From: an uncultured Bdellovibrionales bacterium
GTDB lineage: Bacteria > Bdellovibrionota_C > UBA2361 > SZUA-149 > DAOLCO01
NCBI GenBank assembly: GCA_964353175.1
Contig: CAYGUX010000002.1
Location: 214,786-278,785 of the forward strand
DNA: 64,000 bases
Direction: 5' to 3'
Shown in pieces: positions 47,902 through 59,415 of this stretch. A program made the translations under genes and the position numbers. Positions within the stretch are counted from its first letter, which is position 1. Each line of letters opens with the position of its first letter. The notes beneath the pieces are model-generated. The model did no database searches and was not told the origin of the DNA. It saw only the letters and a program-made list of their open reading frames with translations.

Positions 47902-48297
47902 AAGAACCTTTCCCTTCAGGTTTTTCTCTTTGATATGTTATTAGACGCTTACGATCTTATACACAGCTATTATTTTTATAGATCTTAATCGCCCTAATCA
48001 ACTTTAATAATGATTACCACGCCTTATTGAATTTACCTAGCATAAAATATAGCTAAGCTACTAAATTCTTTAGAGAGACTATTAATTCTCTCTTATGTGA
48101 ACAAGGGTAAGATGCTGAAAGTAGGAGTGAGGATACAGAAAAATGTAAGTTTATTGAAAATCAGGCTAGAAATATTGAAAAAAGTTAAAGTTAGGACATG
48201 GAAGTAGTCGGAAATGCCTGAGAAAGGGATCAAGTTTGCACCTCGGAGGTTTGCTAATTTATTAACTAGCAAACTTCGGAGGTAAGGAAAGAACTAG

Positions 48298-50214
<1,917 letters not shown>

Positions 50215-50472
50215 TTACTTAGTGTGTATTTAGCAATATTAACAGCTATAGCAGTATTAACGACATAGAGATGCCTTAAGGCGTACTGAAATAATCGGTT
50301 TTTGGCATTTTCTAGGACCTCGTTTGGAGTTTGATTGTTTAATTTAAACCCACTAAAAATATGCCTTAAATAAATCTGTCTTCCTAGCCGACAGTTACCT
50401 TGAAGCATTTAGTAGATATACTAAATTGATTCTTTAAATACTTTAAACAGCAGAAAAAGTTGAGAGGCGCGT

Positions 50473-51891
50473 ATGGCAATTAAATTAACGGTAATGCCCT
50501 TAGATATGGATCCTAGCTCCAAACCCGTTATTAAAATTTTTAACAAAGAAGAGCTAACTCTAGGTAGGCTGCCATCAAATGATGTTGTGCTCAACCGACC
50601 AGAGGTCTCAGGTATTCATGCGCGTCTAAGAATTGAGCATGATGAGTTTGGGGAGGTTTCTAAATTATATATTACTGATTTAGGAAGTTCTAATGGAACA
50701 TTGGTAGAGAAGAGCCCATTAAAAGCACGCGTCGAAGTGCAAATGATGCCCAATGAAAGAATTTTCATTGGTAGTTATGTAATTAAACCTACAACTCAGA
50801 TGGGTGAGGTTGAACATGATTCTAAAACTACGATAGAAGCGCCTTCAAAAGCCAAAGTTGATGATGCTCAGTTTGCTAATAAAACACAAGCATTTGATCA
50901 TGTACGATTTGAAGCTATTGGGTCTGGTGAGGCGGAAGAGTTTAATTCAGAGCAAGAAAAGGAAAAAGAAAAAATTTCTGTAAATTCTTCTCCTAACTCT
51001 CCTAAAAATGCATTTTCTTCCATTATGTTTGGTAGCGAATTTGAGGAAGAGGAGAAATCAGAGAAAGATAGTTCAGTTCTACGTTCTATGTACACTTCGC
51101 CAGTTGGTGAAAACAAGTTCAGGGAACCTGAGAAAAGACTTAGCCCTTTTGGCAGAGTGGATTTAGACGAGGAGGATGAAGAGCTTGCAGTTCGACCTAG
51201 TGTAGAAAAGACTGTAGAGGCAAGGCCTACTTGGGCTCAAGTGAAGGAAGACTTTTTGGAAAGTAACGATGAAGCGACGACATATTCTCACAAGCCAGAT
51301 AGAGCTGAACCGATGTCTAATGGTGTAATGACTTCTCCAATTAGCGTAATTCCAGAAGTGAATGTCAAAGAATCTAGCTCTACAAGTGGTAATCATGTTG
51401 AAAGGTTTTCAATTCGTGTAACTGCGAGCGATGAAAGTGCAGAGGTTTTGAAAGTTCAAGCCAAGGCGTTTACTAATATTAAAGGGAAGGTTCTACATAA
51501 GGGCGCTCCTTTGGCAGGCGTGAGTATTAAGTCAACTTCTTTTGGCCATACTACTACTGATGCTAGTGGATGTTATGAATTTAACCGAGTTCTTGAAGGG
51601 ACTTCTTATAACTTGTCTTTTTCAAAGGATAAGTTTTTGATTGAGCCAAATGCATTCCAAGGTACTACCGCACTTGGCGCTTCTGAAATATTGGTACAAG
51701 CTACAAAGCTTTGTTCAATCAGAGGTGTTATCAGTCATAATGGTAAGCCTCTTGAAGGGGTAGAGGTCTCGGCTGGAGAGCTAGGTAAGAAGGTTACTGG
51801 TCCAGACGGAGTTTATCAATTTGATAATGTGCCTGAAGGCAAGGAGTACGACTTGGTATTGTCTAAAGAGGGGTACGCTTTTCAGAGCTAA
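50473..51891 (+). CDS. FHA-domain protein with disordered acidic linker and two C-terminal carboxypeptidase-regulatory-like (CarbopepD_reg) beta-sandwich domains
   Basis: FHA: LTLGRLPSNDVVLNRPEVSGIHARLRIE...YITDLGSSNGTLV; C-terminal GCYEFNRVLEGTSYNLSFSKDKF and GVYQFDNVPEGKEYDLVLSKEGY repeats. Confidence 0.7.
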   Translation: MAIKLTVMPLDMDPSSKPVIKIFNKEELTLGRLPSNDVVLNRPEVSGIHARLRIEHDEFGEVSKLYITDLGSSNGTLVEKSPLKARVEVQMMPNERIFIGSYVIKPTTQMGEVEHDSKTTIEAPSKAKVDDAQFANKTQAFDHVRFEAIGSGEAEEFNSEQEKEKEKISVNSSPNSPKNAFSSIMFGSEFEEEEKSEKDSSVLRSMYTSPVGENKFREPEKRLSPFGRVDLDEEDEELAVRPSVEKTVEARPTWAQVKEDFLESNDEATTYSHKPDRAEPMSNGVMTSPISVIPEVNVKESSSTSGNHVERFSIRVTASDESAEVLKVQAKAFTNIKGKVLHKGAPLAGVSIKSTSFGHTTTDASGCYEFNRVLEGTSYNLSFSKDKFLIEPNAFQGTTALGASEILVQATKLCSIRGVISHNGKPLEGVEVSAGELGKKVTGPDGVYQFDNVPEGKEYDLVLSKEGYAFQS

Positions 51892-52178
51892 GTCTCTGCT
51901 AACTTCTTATGCATCCCGTCACAGAACGGTTCTTTATTAGAGCGTTTACAGGTACAGAATGCGTAGGTTTTGGCTTCTATGATGGTGAATTCAGTTGGAC
52001 TGAATTCAGTCCCTTTATGAGAGCCATCGCAAAATGGTTGGTTCTTAGATTCTCCACAAGAGCAATAATAGTAAACACCAGGGGTCATCTCTAGTTTAAT
52101 AGATTTTGTTCCAGCAATTTTTGCGTTGGTTTGTTTTAGGTCGCTCATTTTAATGGTTCTTGAATTGAATTTATTCAA
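51888..52178 (-). CDS. CDGSH-type iron-sulfur domain protein (two CDGSH motifs)
   Basis: CSCGESKNQPFCDGSH and CTCKRSNKEPFCDGMH. Confidence 0.75.
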   Translation of the reverse strand: MNKFNSRTIKMSDLKQTNAKIAGTKSIKLEMTPGVYYYCSCGESKNQPFCDGSHKGTEFSPTEFTIIEAKTYAFCTCKRSNKEPFCDGMHKKLAET

Positions 52179-52198
52179 GAAGGGTAGCTTAAATCAGC

Positions 52199-52486
52199 TT
52201 AGGCAACAACAGAAATATAGCCTTTGCCTTGAGTGTCTTTTTTATCTTTTGGTTCACTGCGAGGTTTTTCGCTTTCGAAACTAGAATCTACTTTTTTAGC
52301 ACTACCAGATGAAGCAGTTCTAGCTCCGGAAGATACTTGGGCTACTGCTGCTTGTGTGTTTTGTGAGGGTAGGCTTGTTTGAGATTGCCTCACACTGGGG
52401 TCAGCATTAGCACCTCTTTGAGGGACAAGTTGTTGACCTAAGACGCTACTAGTAGCCGATGATATTGTAATACTTCCATAACTCAT
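52199..52486 (-). CDS. Low-complexity S/T/Q/A-rich 95-aa ORF (possibly spurious or disordered protein)
   Basis: ORF in 600-bp otherwise empty gap; no start context support. Confidence 0.25.
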   Translation of the reverse strand: MSYGSITISSATSSVLGQQLVPQRGANADPSVRQSQTSLPSQNTQAAVAQVSSGARTASSGSAKKVDSSFESEKPRSEPKDKKDTQGKGYISVVA

Positions 52487-52791
52487 ACTAAGATAGTCGG
52501 GATAGTCGCAGGATAACTTTAGGGATTTGCTCGTTTATATTTTAATGTAGATTTTATCGGTTTTTCAATGTTGTCGTAGTCCTCAGGGCATGGTGCAATT
52601 GCGTAGTTTAAAGGCTTTAAAGTTGTAAGTAGTTGATATTATTGGCATTGGTATGTCTTGGTTGTTGTGGGTTTTTTAGAGTATTGGGAATTATCACTTA
52701 CTTTTGGATTGGAGCGGGGCTACTCTGGTTCTAAATCTATTAAATCTGTGGTAAATTATCGGCTTTATAGATCTAAATAACTGTAGTGTAA

Positions 52792-53967
52792 ATGTATTGG
52801 GACGCTAATGCCTCTAGTGCTCTTAGGCCGTGTGTGCTTGAGGGTATAAGCGGGTTTATATCAAATTTCAAAGTCGCAAACCCTTCAAGTATTCATAGTG
52901 AGGGAAGGGTTGCTCGTGCCTTGCTTCGTACTGCTCGGGAAAGTATTCATGCTTATTTATTTAGGGATAGGCCTGAAACTAAGGCTCAGATAGTATTTAC
53001 TTCTGGTGGGACAGAAGCTTGTAACAGCATGATCGAGGGATTCTTAAGAGGGGAACGAGAAGGTCATATATTATCTTCTGCCATTGAGCATCCAGCGATG
53101 ATGCAGTGTATAGATAGATATGCAGAAAATGGATTTTCCGTAGAGTATATTGGTACTAGTGATCAAGGTATTGTGAGCGTCGATGCTTTTTTAAATAAAC
53201 TAAGGCCAAACACTAAGCTTGTTAGTCTCATGTACGCGAATAATGAAAGTGGAGCGATTCAACCTATCCTTGATCTTGCTAGTGCCCTTAGAAAGCGGGG
53301 TTACGATGGCCTTATAGTATCTGATACAACTCAAGCCATCTCTAAGTCAGATATATCAATCTCTAAATTGTTTCTAGCTGGAGTGGATGCTGTTACTCTC
53401 TCTGGTCATAAACTTGGTACGGTCTCAGGAATCGGGGCATTAGTCTTAAACCAAGAATTAAGCTGTCGAACCTACAATCCTTTGATTATAGGCGGAGGTC
53501 AGGAGAGTAAGTTGCGTGGTGGAACTGAGTTCATTCTTGGTGCGCATTTATTAGGCTTAGTTTGTAGGGAATTATGTGAAGTAGGGGAAAGAGAGAGAGA
53601 GAATCGAAAAGCACTAACAAATCTTTTTAAGAGTCTTATACTTTCTAAAATTGCAGACGTCAGTATCCTTACTCCTGACCTTGGGTCAGGAGTATCTTTG
53701 GATAATACTTTATTTATAAGATTTATAGGCTGTAGGGCTGATGATCTCGTCGTAGCCTTAGATGTTAATGGGATTTCAACCTCCGTAGGATCAGCTTGTT
53801 CTTCAGGTAAACAAGAGGTTTCTAGGGTTGCTTTAGAAATGGGTTTTACTAAGGAGGAAGCTAGAGAGTGTATCAGAATTAGTTTTGATTGGGATATTAA
53901 TGAGAGTGAAATGATACCTGGTATAGAGATACTTGCGAGTACGCTTGAAAATATGAGAGGAGCCTAA
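52792..53967 (+). CDS. Cysteine desulfurase (NifS/IscS/YrvO-like class V aminotransferase)
   Basis: PLP-Lys motif SGHKLGTVSGIGALVL; 391 aa; immediately upstream of mnmA. Confidence 0.85.
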   Translation: MYWDANASSALRPCVLEGISGFISNFKVANPSSIHSEGRVARALLRTARESIHAYLFRDRPETKAQIVFTSGGTEACNSMIEGFLRGEREGHILSSAIEHPAMMQCIDRYAENGFSVEYIGTSDQGIVSVDAFLNKLRPNTKLVSLMYANNESGAIQPILDLASALRKRGYDGLIVSDTTQAISKSDISISKLFLAGVDAVTLSGHKLGTVSGIGALVLNQELSCRTYNPLIIGGGQESKLRGGTEFILGAHLLGLVCRELCEVGERERENRKALTNLFKSLILSKIADVSILTPDLGSGVSLDNTLFIRFIGCRADDLVVALDVNGISTSVGSACSSGKQEVSRVALEMGFTKEEARECIRISFDWDINESEMIPGIEILASTLENMRGA

Positions 53968-53968
53968 G

Positions 53969-55057
53969 ATGAGCGATAAGATTGTTTTAGCAATGAGTGG
54001 CGGTGTCGATTCTTGCTCCGCTGGTATTCTTCTTTCTAGAGAGGGATATGACGTAATCGGCGTATCTATGCAGGTATGGGACTACAAAAATCATGGAGGG
54101 AATTCAACAAGAGCTACTTGCTGTTCTCCTAGTGATTTTGATGACGCAAGAAAAATCTCAGAAAAATTCAATTTCCCCTTTTATGTATTTGATTTTGAGG
54201 ATTCTTTTAAGAAGAATGTAATTGATAAGTTTGTGAATACCTATTTGGATGGGAAAACTCCTAACCCATGCTTAGATTGTAATAGGAAGGTTAAGTTTCA
54301 TGAACTTAGAAATAGAGCGAAAGCATTCGGCGCGAAAGGTGTAGCTACAGGGCACTATGCAAGAATCAGAGAAAAAGCTGATCAGTCATTAGGACTTTAC
54401 ACAAGTAAGGATACTGAAAAGGATCAAAGTTATTTTCTTTATGCTTTGAGACAAGAGGAGCTAAAGGAAACTTATTTCCCAGTCGGTGATATGGTTAAGG
54501 AAGAGGTACGAGAGGTGCTTAGATCTGAGGGTTTTAGTATCGCTAGCAAGGCTGAAAGCCAGGACATCTGTTTTATTAGTTCAAGTGTTACAGATTTTAT
54601 TAATAAACGCGGTGGTCCTGATAGGAGCGGAGAAATCATTTCATCTGATGGTAAAAAGGTAGGCGAGCATGGTGGAATCTATAACTATACTGTAGGTCAA
54701 AGAAAGGGTTTAGGTGTTAGCGCTAAAAATCCTCTTTACGTTTTACAGATTAAGCCGGAAGATAATTCTGTTGTAGTTGGTGAGAAAGAGGAATTGGAAA
54801 GATCAGATTTTTATCTCTCTAATGTGAGTTTTGTTAGTAGCAGCCCTAGTACAAAACCTTTTAGAAGTAGAATAAAGATGAGATATCGCCATTCTGGGGT
54901 AGATTGTCTGGTGACTCCCTTAAAGGGAGATAGGGCTTATGTTCAGTTCTTAGATTCTTGGAGCCCCGTAAGTCCAGGGCAAGCGGGAGTCTTATATAGC
55001 CTTGAATCAGAGCCTGATGGGGCCGTCGAAGTATTGGGTGGTGGTATTATTGAGTAA
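53969..55057 (+). CDS. mnmA: tRNA-specific 2-thiouridylase MnmA
   Basis: PP-loop AMSGGVDSCSAG, 362 aa. Confidence 0.9.
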   Translation: MSDKIVLAMSGGVDSCSAGILLSREGYDVIGVSMQVWDYKNHGGNSTRATCCSPSDFDDARKISEKFNFPFYVFDFEDSFKKNVIDKFVNTYLDGKTPNPCLDCNRKVKFHELRNRAKAFGAKGVATGHYARIREKADQSLGLYTSKDTEKDQSYFLYALRQEELKETYFPVGDMVKEEVREVLRSEGFSIASKAESQDICFISSSVTDFINKRGGPDRSGEIISSDGKKVGEHGGIYNYTVGQRKGLGVSAKNPLYVLQIKPEDNSVVVGEKEELERSDFYLSNVSFVSSSPSTKPFRSRIKMRYRHSGVDCLVTPLKGDRAYVQFLDSWSPVSPGQAGVLYSLESEPDGAVEVLGGGIIE

Positions 55058-55608
55058 GTGCTTCAATTTTATTAAGTTTTTTATACTTTTTTAAGTATTA
55101 ATAAATGTCACTTTCTTTAGTATTGCTATCATAAGTGTTTATAGGCTGTTAGAGAGTGGCCCATTAAATTAGTAATAATGGTAGGCTTTATGGGACGGCG
55201 GGGAAGTTTTATGATATAGAGACCCATGTTGAATTTCATAACTTATGTTTTAAGCAAAAGTGGAAATGCAATTTGGGGATAAAAGTATCTATATAAATTC
55301 CCCTAAGATTATAAGTTTAGGAATTGGTAAATAGGTTTTTCTTGGGAAGATAGCACAGAGTTAGCGGAAGGTAATAACTTCTTTCTCTACCTCTTTTCTA
55401 TCCAATGATTTTCCTAGAAAAATCCCTGCACGAGTTATAATTGCGATAGCAATAATAAACATACCAATGAATAAATTCAATTCGCGTATCTGAATGTGCT
55501 GAATGTATTGCTCAGTTACAAGCGAAGCTAAAAGAAAGCAGTAGTGGATCGCCTTGTAGAGCGGTGTTGCTAGCTTGTTTATAGGAATGAAATATTGGGA
55601 GAGTCGTT

Positions 55609-56709
55609 ATGCGTATAATTAGACCAGGTGCCTTAGGCCCTGAAACTAAGGCACCTAGGAAAAAGTCTTCTAGAGAATCTAATAAGGATTATAGAGAGGA
55701 TGAAGGACAAAAAAATGAATTGCCTTTTGAAGTATGGGATGACTACCTTCCATATAAGCCAGTTGCTAAGAAAAAAGAATATCAAAAGGGCGCTGGGAAT
55801 AGAATGGTTCCTAAAACCACTCAAGGGAGTAAATCTACTAAGTCTAAAGCATATTTAGAGCGTGAGAGGAATGAATCTGTAGAATTCAATGACCGTAACT
55901 CTCAGGAAGGTCCTAAGTATGAATCACGCGTAGATTTTGAGTCCCTAGAAGCGGCATTTGGTTATACTTTTAGTGATAGGTCTCTTTTAATTCGTGCATT
56001 GACCCATCGATCCGCTTTAGGTTTTAAGGAGCGGGCAGATTATGAAAGATTGGAATTCCTAGGAGATGCTGTACTCGATCTAAGTGTAGCTCATCTTCTA
56101 AGTGACCTTCATCCCGAAGCAAGAGAGGGTGAACTGTCAAAAATGCGAGCGGCACTTGTAAATACTCAAGCCTTGGCTGTTATCGCGAAGGAGTTTAACG
56201 TGAGTCCTTTTGTTAAGCTTGGTAGAGGTGAACTATCCGCTGGGGGAGCTGAAAGGCCTTCTATACTTGCGGATGTTATGGAAGCAATTATCGGTGCTGT
56301 CTATAGAGATAGTAATTATGAGACTGCATTAGCACTTGTTGAACGTATGTTTGGTAGTGCTTTAACTGAGGTTACGCCATTTGATCCTAAAACTGAGCTT
56401 CAAGAAGTTTTACATGCTTCTGGAAGTGAGCCTCCTACATATTTGTTGGAGTTAGTTGAGGGCCCAGAACACGCACCGACGTTTGTAACGGTTGTGTATG
56501 TAGATGGTCAGATTGTGGGTAGAGGAAAGGGATCAACCAAGAAGGCTGCGCAACAAGAGGCTGCCGCATTTGCACTACGATTAATGATGTATGATGGCGT
56601 TCCAGTTGAAGTTAAAAAAGGACAGGACTTCTATATTGAACAGGGATTTTTAGTCCCATCTGGCGCAGATATAAAAAGAAAGCCATTATTGGATCAGGAA
56701 AAGGGATAG
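55609..56709 (+). CDS. rnc: Ribonuclease III with ~135-aa charged N-terminal extension and C-terminal tail
   Basis: RNase III signature ERLEFLGDAVLDL, dsRBD downstream; total 366 aa vs ~230 typical. Confidence 0.8.
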   Translation: MRIIRPGALGPETKAPRKKSSRESNKDYREDEGQKNELPFEVWDDYLPYKPVAKKKEYQKGAGNRMVPKTTQGSKSTKSKAYLERERNESVEFNDRNSQEGPKYESRVDFESLEAAFGYTFSDRSLLIRALTHRSALGFKERADYERLEFLGDAVLDLSVAHLLSDLHPEAREGELSKMRAALVNTQALAVIAKEFNVSPFVKLGRGELSAGGAERPSILADVMEAIIGAVYRDSNYETALALVERMFGSALTEVTPFDPKTELQEVLHASGSEPPTYLLELVEGPEHAPTFVTVVYVDGQIVGRGKGSTKKAAQQEAAAFALRLMMYDGVPVEVKKGQDFYIEQGFLVPSGADIKRKPLLDQEKG

Positions 56710-56713
56710 TTTT

Positions 56714-57655
56714 ATGAATACTGCTGCAGAGAAAAAAGTCGGCGTAGTTTGTTTATTTGGTGAAGCGAATGCTGGTAAATCTAGCTTACTAAATAAGATT
56801 ATCGGTAAAAAAGTAAGTATTACAACTTATAAGCCTCAGACCACAAGAAATAGTATTCGAGGGATATTTAATGATGAAGGTTCGCAAATTGTATTTGTTG
56901 ATACGCCTGGTGTCTATCGAGCGATGCATAGGGGAGCGATGACAAGTTTCATGCGACATGAGATAAGAGATAGCGTCAGTACGAGTGATATTCCAGTATT
57001 AGTTCTTGATGCTCAAAAAATAATGACATCTAGGAGCGCAGTTGAATCAATTAAGACTACTTTAAAAGAAGCTCTAGGTGGCGGAGAAGTCCCAGAAATA
57101 GTCGTAATCAATAAGATTGATTTAATAGATCAAAGACAGTTACTTCCGATAATTGCACTTTTAACTTCAGAAATGTTCCCTGCTGAAAAAACAGATTGTA
57201 TCCCAGTTTCTGCCAGAACAGGAGAGGGGGTCGCAGAGTTTGTTAAGGCATTGCAGTCTCGCATGGAGATTGGTCCATTGATGTTCGAAGATGATATTTA
57301 TAGCGAGGAAAGTGACGAAACTTTTTACGCAGAAATAGTAAGAGAAAAAGCCTTTTTACTACTTAAAGAAGAGCTACCATATAGACTAGGAGTAGTGTGT
57401 AGAGGTCAAGAGGAGTCAGATAGTATGCTTTCTATCTTTATGGATATATTAGTGGAAAAAAGTAGTCAGAAGGCAATCGTGATTGGAAAGGGTGGGGAAA
57501 TGTTAAAGACCATCGGGACCAATGCGCGAGTTGAATTAGAAAAGATTTTCGGAACTAAGGTTTGTTTAAAACTTCACGTGAAAGTGGAAGAAAAGTGGAC
57601 CGAGTCTGATGAGGGATTAAGAAAATTGGGTTATCAAAGGGCATTAAGATTATGA
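56714..57655 (+). CDS. era: GTPase Era
   Basis: GEANAGKSSLLN, DTPG, KH domain; downstream of rnc. Confidence 0.9.
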   Translation: MNTAAEKKVGVVCLFGEANAGKSSLLNKIIGKKVSITTYKPQTTRNSIRGIFNDEGSQIVFVDTPGVYRAMHRGAMTSFMRHEIRDSVSTSDIPVLVLDAQKIMTSRSAVESIKTTLKEALGGGEVPEIVVINKIDLIDQRQLLPIIALLTSEMFPAEKTDCIPVSARTGEGVAEFVKALQSRMEIGPLMFEDDIYSEESDETFYAEIVREKAFLLLKEELPYRLGVVCRGQEESDSMLSIFMDILVEKSSQKAIVIGKGGEMLKTIGTNARVELEKIFGTKVCLKLHVKVEEKWTESDEGLRKLGYQRALRL

Positions 57656-59310
57656 GTATTAGAATTCCAATCGTAGCTGTAGTAGGAAGACCGAATGTTG
57701 GAAAGTCAACTTTCTTTAACAGGGTCGTAGGTAGTAAAAAGGCAATCGTTGAAGATGAGCCTGGAATTACAAGGGATAAGAACTATGCTTCTATTGAGTC
57801 CTTTTCTATTCCTTTTTACGTGATCGATACCGGTGGTATAGATACTAAAGAGGATGACGAACTACATAAAGAAACTCGTAAACAAGCGATCTCAGCAGTA
57901 GAAGAAGCTGATACAGTGATATTTCTCGTTGACGGTAGGGCAGGCGTACAGCCAGCAGATGAGGATGTATTAGAGATTCTGAGATCAAAGAAAGTTCCTT
58001 TTATCGTTGTAACAAATAAATGCGATGGCATTGAGCTTGAATCATTAAGTGCAGATTTCTACTCCCTAGGTGTGCCTGAAGTATTTTCGTGTAGTGCCCT
58101 TCATAATCGGAAGGTAACAGAGGTAGTTGAAGAGGTCTTGAGTCGTCTTCCTAATTATCTTGCTATTAAGAATTTCCAAACAGAAAAGCGACTTAGAGAG
58201 AAAGAAATATCTGCTCAGATAGAGGTTCGCATCGAGGAAGGACGTTTAGAGCTTTTAGAAGCTGAAGGTTGGTATGATAAGGCAGAAGATGAAAGAGAAC
58301 TTGAAGCTACTGAAAAAGTTGATGTAAGTGCACAAGTTGATTACTTCCCACCAGTATTCACTCCTTCAGAAGATGGTTTAGAAGATAGCGAGTATGAAAA
58401 AGAATATGCGACTTTACCAGTACCTGCATCAAATCGAGATTGGAACTTAGATGACGAAGATGATTCAGAAGATGATACCCCTGAAGAATTGGAACTAGGT
58501 ACGATTAGAACTGCTATAATCGGTAGGCCGAATGTGGGGAAATCGACCTTATTAAATGCTCTTACTGGGAAAGATCGATCTATAGTTTCCTCAATTGCTG
58601 GGACTACAAGGGATTCAATCCATGAGATGTTTGAGTATGCTAATGAGACTTTTGAGTTGATAGATACTGCCGGCATGCGGAAGAAAGGGCGGATTGGAGA
58701 TACTGTTGAGAAATATAGTGTTCTAAGATCTTTAAACGCTATTGGTGAGTGTGATGTCGCAGTAGTTCTTCTTTGTGCAGAAGAAGGCCCTACAGAGCAA
58801 GATGCTAAAATTGTAGGACTAGCTCATGATCAGGGTAGAGGGATAGTGCTGGTAGTGAACAAATGGGATGCAATTGAAAAAGATCATACTAGTGTAAAGA
58901 AGTTTGAAGAAAATATCAGAGATACTTTTAAGTTCGTACCTTATGCTCCCTTATTGTTCATCTCAGCCAAAAATGGCAGGAGAGTAAATAGAGTTCTTGA
59001 TGAAGCTATAAAAGTAGCTAGGTCAAGAAAACAAAGAATATCTACCATGAGACTTAATAAGTTATTAAGAAAGGAGATCACAAGAGTTTCCGCTCCGGTA
59101 GATAGAGGCAGAAGACTTAAGTTATACTATGCCGCTCAGGTAGATGTCGCTCCTCCACGCTTTATGTTAGTCATGAACTATCCAAGGCAAGCACATTTTT
59201 CATACTTAAGATTTATTAAGAATGTAATTAGAGAAAAGTATGGTTTTGATGGGACTGACATTAAGTTGGTCACTAAGAAACGAGGTGGAGGCAAGGCAGC
59301 TAGGCAATAG
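57652..59310 (+). CDS. der: GTPase Der (EngA), two G-domains with ~100-aa acidic insertion between them
   Basis: GRPNVGKSTFFN and GRPNVGKSTLLN Walker A motifs in tandem, KH-like C-terminus; ATGA overlap with era stop. Confidence 0.9.
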   Translation: MSIRIPIVAVVGRPNVGKSTFFNRVVGSKKAIVEDEPGITRDKNYASIESFSIPFYVIDTGGIDTKEDDELHKETRKQAISAVEEADTVIFLVDGRAGVQPADEDVLEILRSKKVPFIVVTNKCDGIELESLSADFYSLGVPEVFSCSALHNRKVTEVVEEVLSRLPNYLAIKNFQTEKRLREKEISAQIEVRIEEGRLELLEAEGWYDKAEDERELEATEKVDVSAQVDYFPPVFTPSEDGLEDSEYEKEYATLPVPASNRDWNLDDEDDSEDDTPEELELGTIRTAIIGRPNVGKSTLLNALTGKDRSIVSSIAGTTRDSIHEMFEYANETFELIDTAGMRKKGRIGDTVEKYSVLRSLNAIGECDVAVVLLCAEEGPTEQDAKIVGLAHDQGRGIVLVVNKWDAIEKDHTSVKKFEENIRDTFKFVPYAPLLFISAKNGRRVNRVLDEAIKVARSRKQRISTMRLNKLLRKEITRVSAPVDRGRRLKLYYAAQVDVAPPRFMLVMNYPRQAHFSYLRFIKNVIREKYGFDGTDIKLVTKKRGGGKAARQ

Positions 59311-59415
59311 AGTTAGTTAATACTAATTTGCAAGCTATCAGAGTGTCCAATATTAAGCCCCTATTTTTACTCTTGAAATTTAATGTGTTACTAAAAACGC
59401 ATACTTTATTATAAT

